In this document: one piece after another, positions 1 through 10,184 of the stretch
How the letters are laid out: every line of letters starts with the position of its first letter
How positions within the stretch are numbered: position 1 is the stretch's first letter
Origin: an uncultured Acidobacteriota bacterium
GTDB taxonomy: Bacteria; Acidobacteriota; UBA6911
Direction of reading: 5' to 3'
Length of the DNA: 64,000 nt
Assembly: GCA_963827655.1 (NCBI GenBank)
Contig: CAWHCF010000001.1
Span: 48,399 to 112,398, forward strand
Program-made: the position numbers and the translations under genes
Notes under the pieces: model-generated
The model's input: only the letters and a program-made list of their open reading frames with translations
The model's database searches: none
Told to the model about the DNA's origin: nothing

Positions 1-1201
1 GGGACTGCTTCCGATAAGATGGGGACGGTCACGTTCACAAGAGACGTGGCTCCGATTCTGCAGAAAAGCTGCATCAGTTGCCATCGGCCCGGAGAGATTG
101 GGCCCATGCCGCTCACTTCTTACTCCGAGGCGCGCCCCTGGGCCAAGGCCATTCGTGAAGCCGTCGCCGGCAGGAAGATGCCCCCCTGGCACGCGGCCGC
201 AGACTCACGCCCGTGCGAGAACGATCCGCGTTTGTCGCAGCGCGAGATCGACACAGTTCTCGCCTGGGTTGATGGCGGGGCGAAAGAAGGAGATCCCGGA
301 GACATGCCCCCCATCCCAGCCTTCGTCGAAGGGTGGAGTATCGGAAAGCCCGACGTGGTCTTTTCCATGCGGGAGGAGTTCACCATCCCCGCTGAAGGGG
401 TAATCCCATTCACGTACTTCGCCGTACCGACGAATTTCAAGCAAGATACCTGGGTCCAGGCCGCAGAAGTTCGGCCGGGAAATCGCGCCGTAGTGCATCA
501 TGCCGTAATTCTGGTTCGCGAACCTCGTTCCAATACTGAAGGCACTGATCCGAATCAGAACCTTGAACGGCGCCTCGAGCGGATGCTTGTCGGAACCGCT
601 CCGGGGATGCCCGCGGCGGTTTTCAAGCCGGGCCAGGGGAAGCTTATCAGGCCCGGAAGTATTTTGATCTTCCAGGTGCACTATACGCCGAATGGCTCGA
701 TTCAGAAGGATCGCACCTCAGTGGGCCTGATCCTGGCGAAAAGCTCCGGTGGAACAAGTCGTGGTGAGCTACGCGATCGGCAACGATCGATTCCGGATTC
801 CGGCGGGCGACCCGAATTACGAGGTTCGCTCCTCGTTCACGTTCCCGGAAGACGCGCGGGTCCTGAGCGCAATGCCTCACATGCACATGCGCGGCAAAGA
901 TTTCAGCTACACCGCAGTCTATCCCGACGGGCAGCGCGAGCTGCTCCTGAATGTACCCCGGTGGGACTTCAACTGGCAGCAGGTCTATCGTTTCAAAGAG
1001 CCGGTCTTCATGCCGAAGGGGAGCCGGATCGATTGCCTGGCGCACTTCGATAACTCTCCCGGGAACAAGTCCAATCCTGATCCTGCCAAGGACGTTCCCT
1101 GGGGAGATCAGGTCTGGGAAGAGATGATGATCGGCTGGATGGATTTCGTCTTCGAAAAAACGCGCGGCGCGCCGAGCTCTGGCGATGAGCAGTTAAAGTA
1201 G
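1..1201 (+). CDS. Cytochrome c domain fused to a copper type II ascorbate-dependent monooxygenase-like domain (5' partial; apparent +1 frameshift at A-run 739-742)
   Basis: Frame open from base 1; CISCH heme motif; [14 protein letters not shown] and EEMMIGW copper-ligand motifs. Removing one A joins ORF 19..1053 to ORF 749..1201 (LAK-APVEQV). Confidence 0.75.
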
Positions 1202-1325
1202 CGTCTTCGCGTCTTAGCGATCTGGCATCTCGCAGCCTGACCTGAAGCGGTGTAGAATCTCTCCCCGCGCCCATATGACGGTTTGAAGAGACAACTTTCG
1301 TAACCGAAGGATCCTTGCCAAGCCT

Positions 1326-2378
1326 ATGAAGATCCCAAGAGTAGTTGCACTGAGCACTCTGATCGCCACAATCGTCTGCCAGGGGTTCCCGACCGGAGAC
1401 CAACAAGCCGAAAAAAGCGAAGGCAGCGTGGTGCGAGCCGATGCGGCGCTCGATAAGCTCGTCCCGCCCACTGCCAAGATCGAGAAGATCGCGAATGGAT
1501 TCGATTTCACCGAAGGCCCCGTTTACATGCCCGAGGGCTACCTTCTGTTCAGCGATATTCCCCGCAATACGATCTACAAGTGGATGCCGGACGGCAAGGT
1601 CTCGGAGTTTCGCAAGCCGAGCGGCTTCAATGGAACGGACGCTCCAGCCGGAGCCTTCATTGGATCCAACGGACTGACCCTCGACCGGGAGGGCCGCCTG
1701 ATCATTTGCCAGCACGGCAATGGCAGGGTCATCCGCCTGGAAAAGAACGGCGCTGAAACTGTCCTGGCGGACAAGTATGAGGGGAAGCGGCTCAACAGTC
1801 CGAACGATGCGGTTTACAAATCCGATGGATCGCTTTACTTCACCGATCCTCCGTACGGGTTTCCGAAACAGGATGACGATCCGAAGAAGGAACTGAAATT
1901 CAACGGCATTTATCGGCTGGCCGGCGGGAAGTTACAACTGCTTGTGAAGGATCTGAGCCGGCCCAATGGCCTCGCGTTTTCGCCGGATGAAAAATATCTC
2001 TACGTCGCCAACTCCGACCCGGCACGCAAACTCTGGATGCGTTACGAGGTCAAGTCCGACGGAACGCTGGGGGCCGGTACCGTGTTCTACGACGTTACGC
2101 GCGAAACCGCCGATGGACTTCCAGACGGGCTAAAAGTGGACAAGCAGGGGAACCTGTACTGTACGGGACCTGGAGGCGTCTGGATCTTTTCTCCGCAAGG
2201 AAAATACTTGGGGAAGATTCAGGCTCCTGAGATACCGGCCAACTGTGCCTGGGGGAAGCATACACAGGGAAGCAGTTCTGCGGCGCTGGGCCCGCGGGAA
2301 GAGGCAAAGACGCTCTACCTCACCGCGCGAAAAGGGGTATATCGAATACAGCTGGCGGTCGCCGGCATCCGGCCTTGA
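1326..2378 (+). CDS. SMP-30/gluconolactonase family protein, secreted
   Basis: N-terminal signal; FTEGP, LLFSDIP, SNGL, LNSPND, PNGLAFSPD and PDGLKVD motifs. Confidence 0.9.
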   Translation: MKIPRVVALSTLIATIVCQGFPTGDQQAEKSEGSVVRADAALDKLVPPTAKIEKIANGFDFTEGPVYMPEGYLLFSDIPRNTIYKWMPDGKVSEFRKPSGFNGTDAPAGAFIGSNGLTLDREGRLIICQHGNGRVIRLEKNGAETVLADKYEGKRLNSPNDAVYKSDGSLYFTDPPYGFPKQDDDPKKELKFNGIYRLAGGKLQLLVKDLSRPNGLAFSPDEKYLYVANSDPARKLWMRYEVKSDGTLGAGTVFYDVTRETADGLPDGLKVDKQGNLYCTGPGGVWIFSPQGKYLGKIQAPEIPANCAWGKHTQGSSSAALGPREEAKTLYLTARKGVYRIQLAVAGIRP

Positions 2379-2462
2379 ATCTTGGCCACCTTCGCGTGTC
2401 GCAGAGATGAATCCAGAACGCGAAGAAACGTGGACGTTGTCCTGGAAAGGAGAATCACCCTG

Positions 2463-2852
2463 ATGAATCGCAGAAAGCATCTGAAGCTTCTGGTCGCAGC
2501 GCCTGCCATTCTATCGAGCACCGCAGCCGCAGCGCCGTCACCGATCCAGCTTCATCTCGATCTCGAAGTCGATCCTGCCAAAGAAAGTGAAATGGTGTCA
2601 AATTTTCGCAAGACCTTCCGTCCGGCGATCAGCAAGCAGCCGGGATTTGTGGACGTCAAGCTGCTCAAGCTGCAGAGTGCGCTCGTAGGAAAGGCTCCGG
2701 CCAACTCCACTTATCGACTGTTGATCAGTTTCGAGACGGAGGAGCTACGGAAGAAGTGGGTCGCAACCGACACGCATCAGCAGGTGTGGCCCACGATCGA
2801 GAAAACCCTGAAAGGTGCAAAGCATATCGTGCTGCTGTACGACGTCGTTTGA
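2463..2852 (+). CDS. Small exported dimeric alpha-beta barrel (ABM-like) protein
   Basis: AGGAG SD upstream; MNRRKHLKLL twin-arginine-like leader; KQPGFVDVKLL and W...HQQVWP pattern typical of ABM-like proteins. Confidence 0.6.
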   Translation: MNRRKHLKLLVAAPAILSSTAAAAPSPIQLHLDLEVDPAKESEMVSNFRKTFRPAISKQPGFVDVKLLKLQSALVGKAPANSTYRLLISFETEELRKKWVATDTHQQVWPTIEKTLKGAKHIVLLYDVV

Positions 2853-2866
2853 CGTTTGCGGTTCCG

Positions 2867-3610
2867 TTACCTGGCTTTAAACAACCAATTCAAGGCATTC
2901 CGGATCAGCCGCTGCATCATGGGGTGGCCCAGCGCATCCGGCGTGTGTCCGGGAGCCAGATAACAGAAGCGCCCCTGCCCGAGTTCTCTCCACCAGCCGG
3001 CCGGCGCTTCCAGATTGTCCCTCGCGATCGAGCGCAGGAGGAGGTGTTCACGGTCGAGGTAGTATTTCACCGTGTGCTGTTCGTCGAAAACTTCAAAGTC
3101 CTCGACGCCGGCGGTAACCGGATGCGTCCTGTTTTCAACCCGCACCGTGAAGACATAGGGTTTCGGGTGACCGCCGTAATCTCCCCCGAAGAGTTTGTAG
3201 TAGAGACCTCCGGGTGGATAGATACCCTGGGAGTTATGCAAGGCAAGGAAGCCTCCGCCGCCGTGCACGAAATCCCAGATCGCCTGCTGCTGGGAGTCGG
3301 TCATCCATTTCACCGGAGGCTTGTCATATCCGTTGGGCCAGTTCATGCCGTCTCGAAGGATGACCAGGAGCTGATACTCTTTCAGCGCTTCGGCCGACAG
3401 GGCCTCGACGTTTTCGATAAACGTAATCGGAATATTCTCGCGCAAGAACGCCGGAGCCAGGTGGTCGCGAATATAGGTGGGGCTGTGATACCGGTCGCCG
3501 ATCAAAGCCAGGGCGCGCGGGCGCCTGGCCGACTGGTAGACGCCGGGCGTGTTCTGCGCCTGGGCCAGCGCCGCCAGCGCAATCATCAGTGCAAACCAGC
3601 TGCGGATCAT
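2867..3610 (-). CDS. ThuA-like (class I glutamine amidotransferase-like) domain protein
   Basis: Signal peptide; FVHGGGGFLALH, HPVTAGVEDFEVFDEQH and GQGRFCYLAPGH motifs. Start placed at ATG 3610. Confidence 0.85.
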   Translation of the reverse strand: MIRSWFALMIALAALAQAQNTPGVYQSARRPRALALIGDRYHSPTYIRDHLAPAFLRENIPITFIENVEALSAEALKEYQLLVILRDGMNWPNGYDKPPVKWMTDSQQQAIWDFVHGGGGFLALHNSQGIYPPGGLYYKLFGGDYGGHPKPYVFTVRVENRTHPVTAGVEDFEVFDEQHTVKYYLDREHLLLRSIARDNLEAPAGWWRELGQGRFCYLAPGHTPDALGHPMMQRLIRNALNWLFKAR

Positions 3611-3727
3611 TGCGATTACTCTACTACACGATAGCCAGGACCTTCCAGAACAAGCTGCGACATAATAGCCCGTTAAATAGTTCGGTTTTGAGCGGAAGTT
3701 GGCGCGTTCGCTGTTTCCGCAGCATTC

Positions 3728-3809
3728 AACCGCGAAGACGCGAAGACCCGACGGCCGTGAGGCTGCAACCCAAAAGAAAAAGCACCGCAGAGACGCAAAG
3801 GCCGCAGAG
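3728..3809 (+). repeat. Composite intergenic repeat, copy 1 (direct repeat with 9704-9793)
   Basis: aaccgcgaagacgcgaag...gccgtgaggc.gc.a..caaaagaaaaagcaccgcagagacgc..agg.cgcagag is shared with 9704-9793. Confidence 0.8.
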
Positions 3810-3905
3810 GCACGCTCAATTGGCGTCGGTGAATCACTCCACATTTTAGAACGCATCACAAATCTTTCAGGAAGGGATTCAATAACATTAGGTCGCATTT
3901 TTTGC

Positions 3906-3935
3906 TTGACAGAGTTTTCTGGTTGTGTTTAAGCT
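3906..3935 (+). promoter_or_regulatory. Candidate sigma70 promoter for the island operon
   Basis: TTGACA (3906-3911), 18-bp spacer, TAAGCT, in an AT-rich intergenic region. Confidence 0.4.
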
Positions 3936-4234
3936 CGGCTCAGCAAAATAGCGAGACTCCTAACGCTGCTACATATGCTTCCCCCATCCGCCCGCCCCTT
4001 CGGGCGTTGAGCAGCTCGAGAGAATCGAGTTTTTGAAGGCTTCTTCCAACTCGCGCAAAGAGATTTCATGTAAGTGGGTCTTCCTGTAGACGGACGACTG
4101 TAGACGGACGACGGCCGGGACGATTTGATTTGCATTTCGTCTTCGCTATCGGGGTACTGGTGTGGTGCAATCGTGAAAGCAGCCGAACACACCAAGACCC
4201 AGTTTGAGATGATCAATCGTGGAGGTGAGCAAAA

Positions 4235-4973
4235 GTGACCAAGTTCAGGATTACGCTTGCGCTCGCGTTTCTCTTCGTTCTGGCATCGACTGCCGCGGCT
4301 GGCACTCTGACGGCGAGCACCGGCACGGTTACCCCTGGCGGCCCTGTTACGGTGACCTGGAGTGACGTTACTGGTCCAACAATTTTGGACTGGATGGGAC
4401 GGTACGTCCAGGGAGCCCCCGACGGGGCATACGATGACTATGTATTCACCAGCACTTGCACGCACGATCGGGGCATCACTCCTACTGTCGTCGGGCTCGT
4501 GTACCTTCGCGATGCCAACCACGCCCGGCACATATGAATTTCGGCTGTATGCGACCAACGGCAGCACTTTGCTGGCGAGGTCCGGTCCAGTCCAAGTGTC
4601 CACTGCCTCCGCTCCTCCCCCAGGTCCTTCCCAAAGTGTCGGCGGCGCCAGGATCGTCACCTACACCACGAGTACTACGCTCACGGCGGACGATGTCAGT
4701 CGCTCCATTATCAACAACGGTGGGGCTAGCGCTCCCATCACACTGAACCTGCCCGCCTCCGATGTTGGCAATGTGGTTACGGTCTACATAATTGCTGGCC
4801 AGCCGATCACGATCAACCCGAGCGGAACGGAACGAATCCAGATCCTAACGAACGCGAACGGCGACGCGATCCAGAGCGACACCTTGCGCGGAACCATGAT
4901 TACCCTCGTTTGCCATGTACGTGGCTCATGGGAACCCATGGGCCAGATAGGAACATGGTTTGATGTCAATTAA
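4235..4973 (+). CDS. Secreted protein: Ig-like domain, Pro linker, beta-rich C-terminal domain (frameshift near 4460-4475)
   Basis: GGAGGT SD, GTG start, signal peptide; VTVTW...DWMG.Y in the first frame continues as GSCTFAMPTTPGTYEFRLY in the second frame. Confidence 0.65.
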
Positions 4974-5241
4974 AAAAGTTCTACTTCTCCCTTGCCTGCT
5001 TATAACAAATCTGTCTGTGGCATGGTCGACGACTTTCTTGGTCCGTCCTGGAGGCATGGGTTCGATTTGCACACAGTACGTAGCGGATGTCGGTCAGACA
5101 CTTATGCCGGCCGGGACGCAGTACGGCACCCTTCCTGGAATGACGCAGCCCGCGCCGTTCCCTCGGTATTACCTGACTAACAATCCGGACCGCGGCTGGC
5201 TTCCGTGGCCGGCGTTCTGTATGGGGGCGATACTTCCTTGA
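4963..5241 (+). CDS. Small secreted protein; internally deleted paralog of the downstream beta-helix protein
   Basis: Signal peptide; FLVRPGGMGSICTQY and DVGQTLMPAGTQYGTLPGMT...PDRGWLPWP match the N- and C-termini of 5238..7162. Confidence 0.6.
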   Translation: MSIKKVLLLPCLLITNLSVAWSTTFLVRPGGMGSICTQYVADVGQTLMPAGTQYGTLPGMTQPAPFPRYYLTNNPDRGWLPWPAFCMGAILP

Positions 5242-7162
5242 ATAAACGCACGTTTGACAACTTGATTCTCACCCTCGGTTTGATCCTGATCGTTCTGGTG
5301 GGCGAGTCGCGCGCAGCTACTTACTTCGTCCGAAGTGGAGGAACCGGCATAAATTGCACGCAGTATCAGACGGTCGGCACGGCGAGTGGAACAATCCAAG
5401 CGGCTATAAATTGCACATCAACCGGAGGCGACGTCGTAGATATAGGCCCGGGCGTGTTCCACGAACGCGTAACCTTCCCGGCCAGCGGCAGCGTCGGCAA
5501 CCCGATCATCGTGCGTGGCGCGCTGGATCCGGCAGGAGGTTTACTGACAACTGTCGACGGCACAAGCGCTATAACCGGCACATGGCAGCTGGCGAACGAT
5601 ACGCAAAACGTCGACGCCTGCGGTGGATCTTTTTGCCGGCACGGCTACACTTTCCGGCTCGGGGACATACCGTATCAACACACCTTCCAGTGAACCTTGG
5701 CATATCCAGGAGGGAACCGGAAAAAAGCTACTACGCATTTCCAACCAATGGATGAACGGCACCAGGGACTACAACAACTATTGCCGCTCAGGATTTGAGT
5801 TTTTGAACAAGCCGTCCAATTTTATCGATGACGTTGATTGGGGCGTTAGCTATTGGGACGGGATAGAGGCACTTTGGGGTTACAGTTCAGCAACTGGTTA
5901 CACTTATGTTCGGTATAGAGACGGGACAAACCCAGGCACGAAGAACCTGCGATGGGCACCGGGTGGGGAGTATGATTTTGAAAGTAGTTCCGTAGTCGAA
6001 ATCAACGCAAGGTCGAATATCACGATCTCGAACCTGATCATACAGGGTGCGCTGAACGGTGTTCTGATACGGGGTGGCGGCAACCAAGGGGAGGGAACTA
6101 CCGCCGACAACAACACCGTGCAAGGCTGCACAATTCGCAATTTCGAATATGGTGTGCTGGTCTACGGACGAACAGACAATACCAAAGTTCTTTCTTGCGA
6201 CCTGCGTTCCGGCCTGCTCGGCATGTCAGGTTTTCAACCGGTTGCTTGGCAACCGGTTTCGACGATCTCGACGGATCCCGTCTATCCATATAATCGGAGT
6301 GTGAGCTGGCACATGTATGCCATGATGAAGTTCATGAACGATAAGTCTTACAGTATCAGGCATCCGGGCGTTGCGATCCACCCCGGCATTATGAACAGGG
6401 TCTTTCCTGTTGAGCCGACAAACATTGAAATTGCCTACAATGAGATGACCGAGCTCAACTACGGCGTGGACATGCTCGGAGGAGATGGGATCGACATTCA
6501 CCACAACACGGCGCACAACAACGTGGACATCGGCTTTCAGCGGTCTCCGAGCTCCACCGGCGGCACGCAATATAAAGATCCACGACAACGATGTGTGGGA
6601 GCAGAAATATACTCTCTTCAGGTGGCATTCTGCCAATCAATCTGCCGGCGACAACTACATTTACCGGAATCGAGTTTCTGCTCTTGACAGAGTCGGTGTG
6701 CACTGTTTCCTCCCCAGCCAGATTGGTTCCGGACCTCAGGTTTCAGAGCTGAACATATGGTTTTATCACAATTCTTTCTCGGGAGGTGCTACCGTCTGGG
6801 AGCTTGACAAAATCATAAGCATGCCTGGGTTTCGCGCTGTTAATAACGTGATTTCTCACTCCGGCAACACAGCCATTGATTCCGGTTGGCTCACGATGGG
6901 TGTATTCGATTACAACATCATGAGCGCGAACCTTGGAGTCGGCGGTCCTTGGTATGGCGGCAATAATATAACAGGGATGCCGGCCATCTGGTCAACGAGT
7001 CAGATCGAGAAAAACTTTGTCCTGCCGGCCAGTCATGCTGCGCGAAATTCCGGAGTGGATGTGGGACAGGTATTCACCGCAGCTGGCACACAATATCCTG
7101 CCCTACCGGGCATGACACCAACGCCGCAACCTGATCGTGGCTGGCTAAAGTGGCCCCCATAG
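5238..7162 (+). CDS. Secreted right-handed parallel beta-helix (pectin lyase-like) protein (two apparent frameshifts, about 5632 and 6560)
   Basis: TTG start overlaps the upstream TGA; AATYFV after the signal; GTIQAAIN...GGDVVDIGPGVFHE, NITISNLII, NNTVQGCTI, NIEIAYN and IDIHHN repeats; joins ORFs 5205, 5623 and 6485. Confidence 0.75.
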
Positions 7163-7435
7163 AATTAGCGGTGTAGGTACGGCTTTTTGAAGGGAAATGA
7201 TGAATACGCAACTCGCGTTTTCTTTGCATCTTTGCATGTTCGAGGTTAATGCTGTTAATGCGACTTTACGATTAAGTCAGGGAGATTGCCGGCTGAGCGA
7301 GGAAGCCCTGCGTTCCTGAACTCTCGCCGGCCGTGAAGTGGGAACGGTTTCATCGGCGATATCCGTCAAATTCCGATTGACGGGCAGTTGGCCATTTTAA
7401 CCATAATTCGCAGCCCAGGGTACTTGGGAGTGTGT

Positions 7436-9841
7436 ATGACGGAATTAAGGAAATATACGGGGAAAGCTTCCGGGTGGTTTGTCTATCTATTTCTGGCCGT
7501 AGGTTCTCACAACATCATCGCCGGGTGGTTGCATGCACAGCCGGTGTCTTTCGTCACCGCCAGGAGGTTCAGTGCCGGCTCGGGTCCCGTATCAGTTGGC
7601 GTGGGCGACTTCAATCAGGATGGAAATCGGGACCTGGCAGTGGCCAACAGCGGTTCCAACAATGTCTCGGTGCTTCTGGGCAATGGCAATGGAACGTTCC
7701 AGCCGGCGGTCAATTTCCCGGTCGGCGGATCCCCGAATTCCGTCGTCGTGAGTTACTTCAATGGCGACTCGATTCAAGATCTCGCCGTGGCGAGCTCCGT
7801 GAGTTCGACGTCTACGAGTGTTTCAGTGCTCCTGGGCAATGGCAATGGAACGTTTCGGCCGGCGATGAGCTTTCCTGCCGGCGGATTAGGCCTTCCCATG
7901 ACCTACGGTGATTTCAATAATGACACCTTTCAGGATGTGGTCATCGGCTCGATCTCACCGTTCATGAATGGCGTAGTGCTCCTCGGAAACGGAAACGGCA
8001 CACTTCGGCCACCCCTGAACGCTCCCATTGGGGGCAGTTCTCTGGTCGCGGGCTACTTCAATAACGATGGAATTCTGGACATTGCAGACGTCGCCTCAAT
8101 ATCTAACAGGATCCGGGTGCACGTCGGTAACGGAGACGGAACGTTCCGGTCACCCCTGTTTTCTCCTGGCGTCCAAGCTCCTCGAACACTAGAGTTGGGC
8201 CACTTTAATCGCGATGTCATCGCGGATCTGGTCGTGGCCGACGTTGACTCGGGCGATGTGGGCATACTTCTGGGCAATGGAGATGGAACATTTCGACCTG
8301 GCGGATTTTCTGGCCTTCTCTTGCCTGGTCCCTTCGCTGTAGACGACTTCAATGGTGATACCATCGATGATCTGGCCCACAGTTCTGGCGGGGGGGTTGG
8401 TGTAGCGCTAGGCCGAGGAGACGGATCGTTCCGTCGGCCATTCATAAGCACTGCTGCCTCTGGTTCTTTCTTCGCAGTGGGTGAGTTCAATAGCGATGGG
8501 CACAAGGATCTCGTGACGACCGACGGCGACGGAGTGACGATCTTGCTCGGTTGGGGCGATGGGACGTTCCGGGGGTCTTGGAACTATGACCTCGGGACGG
8601 AATTGAGACCTCTTAGCGCTTTTTTAAGGCCGATGGTCACGCGCGGTGATTTCAATCGCGATGGCATTCAAGATCTCGCGATTGCGATCCCTGGTATTCC
8701 CGGTAGAATCTCGGTATTTCTGGGCAACGGAGATGGATCACTTCGCTGGTTATACGACTTTGGGGCTGGCGGCGCCGACTCTCTCGAAGTGGGTGACTTC
8801 AACGGCGATGGGATTCAGGATCTTGTGATCTCCGACGCGCTATTCCTGGGTAATGGGAATGGCACATTCCAGCCAGCAATAAACTTCCCCGGTGTCGATG
8901 CTCCTTCTGGCATCGCAGTGGGCTTCCTGAATGGAGACGGGTTTCTGGACCTTGCAGTGGTGAGCCGTTCTGCCAGCAGTATTACGGTGCTGCTCGGTAA
9001 TGGGAATGGGACATTCCGGCCGCCATTGTCGTTTAATACTGGGGCTCCTGTGCGTTTTCCTGAAAAAAGATCTGTCGCCCTGGGCGATCTTAACCGCGAT
9101 GGCAGTCTAGACCTGGTGGTCACCAACTCCTCTGCCGGCAGTATCACGGTGCTGGTCGGGAATGGAGATGGCACGTTCCGGGCGCCATTACTCTTTGATA
9201 CCGGCAGAGAACCTGTTGCCGTTGCCGTTGGGGATTTCAATAGGGATCAATTCCTGGATGTCGCCGTGGCCAGTCCCGCTATTGGCATCCTGGTGCTCCT
9301 GGGCAATGGGAATGGAACCTTACGCATCCCGTCAAACCTTGGTAGGAGTGCTGACGCCATCACACGGGGCGATTTCAATAGCGATGGGATTGACGATCTG
9401 GCGGTGACCGGCTCTTCCTTACCCGGCACCCTGGTGCTCCTCGGCAATGGGGATGGAACGTTCCAGCCGGCGGTGATTTTTGAGACGGCTAACGGCTCTT
9501 CACTCCTCGTTGGCGATTTCAGCGGGGACGGCCGTCCAGACCTTGCGATCGTCGGCAATCTGGACGCTTTCTTCTTCCGTATCAATACGCTCTCGGTGCT
9601 GATCAATAACACTCCTGATCCGCGCCTGACACTGGAGCCCCTGGAATCTGACCGCGCACAAGCTCGCGTTCCGCTGTCTTGGTCAATTTTGTTCCGGAGA
9701 ATTAACCGCGAAGACGCGAAGCGCAGCCGTGAGGCCGCGAATCAAAAGAAAAAAAGCACCGCAGAGACGCCGAGGGCGCAGAGAAACGCAGAGTCTTTCA
9801 CTCTTTCTCTTGGCGAGCTTTTCTGTCATGAACTGCCCTAA
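7436..9841 (+). CDS. FG-GAP/VCBS repeat secreted protein (true stop probably TGA 9616-9618 after NNTP)
   Basis: About 13 GDFNxDGxxDLAV...VLLGNGNGTF repeats. The tail after NNTP runs into an intergenic repeat; one missing base would give NNTP-stop. Confidence 0.88.
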   Translation: MTELRKYTGKASGWFVYLFLAVGSHNIIAGWLHAQPVSFVTARRFSAGSGPVSVGVGDFNQDGNRDLAVANSGSNNVSVLLGNGNGTFQPAVNFPVGGSPNSVVVSYFNGDSIQDLAVASSVSSTSTSVSVLLGNGNGTFRPAMSFPAGGLGLPMTYGDFNNDTFQDVVIGSISPFMNGVVLLGNGNGTLRPPLNAPIGGSSLVAGYFNNDGILDIADVASISNRIRVHVGNGDGTFRSPLFSPGVQAPRTLELGHFNRDVIADLVVADVDSGDVGILLGNGDGTFRPGGFSGLLLPGPFAVDDFNGDTIDDLAHSSGGGVGVALGRGDGSFRRPFISTAASGSFFAVGEFNSDGHKDLVTTDGDGVTILLGWGDGTFRGSWNYDLGTELRPLSAFLRPMVTRGDFNRDGIQDLAIAIPGIPGRISVFLGNGDGSLRWLYDFGAGGADSLEVGDFNGDGIQDLVISDALFLGNGNGTFQPAINFPGVDAPSGIAVGFLNGDGFLDLAVVSRSASSITVLLGNGNGTFRPPLSFNTGAPVRFPEKRSVALGDLNRDGSLDLVVTNSSAGSITVLVGNGDGTFRAPLLFDTGREPVAVAVGDFNRDQFLDVAVASPAIGILVLLGNGNGTLRIPSNLGRSADAITRGDFNSDGIDDLAVTGSSLPGTLVLLGNGDGTFQPAVIFETANGSSLLVGDFSGDGRPDLAIVGNLDAFFFRINTLSVLINNTPDPRLTLEPLESDRAQARVPLSWSILFRRINREDAKRSREAANQKKKSTAETPRAQRNAESFTLSLGELFCHELP
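9704..9793 (+). repeat. Composite intergenic repeat, copy 2
   Basis: Direct repeat of 3728-3809. Confidence 0.8.
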
Positions 9842-10022
9842 AAAACATTGCGTCGCATAGGAGCTCGACCAAAGGACCGAGACAACGCCAATCCTTCGCG
9901 GTCGGCGAAAGAGAATCGACCAACGCTGGCGCCGTGGAACGAATCGGCGCCGCTAAATAAAGACGCTGCCTAGAGCCGCTCCGAGTAATCGCTCTTTCCG
10001 AAGTAGAGTCCCAAGCCATTCC

Positions 10023-10139
10023 CTTGCCGTAGGCTTGTTGAGCGGCGACGGCCGTCCAGACATCGCGGTCGCTGGTTCTCGCCAGTTTGTGGGTAATCGT
10101 TTCCACAAGCTCTCGGTGCTGGTCAACAACACTCCATAG
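10023..10139 (+). pseudogene. Orphan C-terminal fragment of an FG-GAP protein
   Basis: Reads LAVGLLSGDGRPDIAVAG...KLSVLVNNTP-stop, homologous to LLVGDFSGDGRPDLAIVG...TLSVLINNTP at about 9502-9616; in-frame TAA at 9954 upstream and no start codon. Confidence 0.75.
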
Positions 10140-10184
10140 CGTTTCTTCGTGTCTCTTCTGTTTTGTTTTTGCATCTTGCATGAT

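Noticed and set aside
4150-4202. Structured leader RNA before the island operon
   Set aside because: One imperfect hairpin only; cannot be assigned to an RNA family without a covariance search.
9500-10139. Diversity-generating retroelement VR/TR pair
   Set aside because: Differences between the copies are not adenine-specific and no reverse transcriptase is present.
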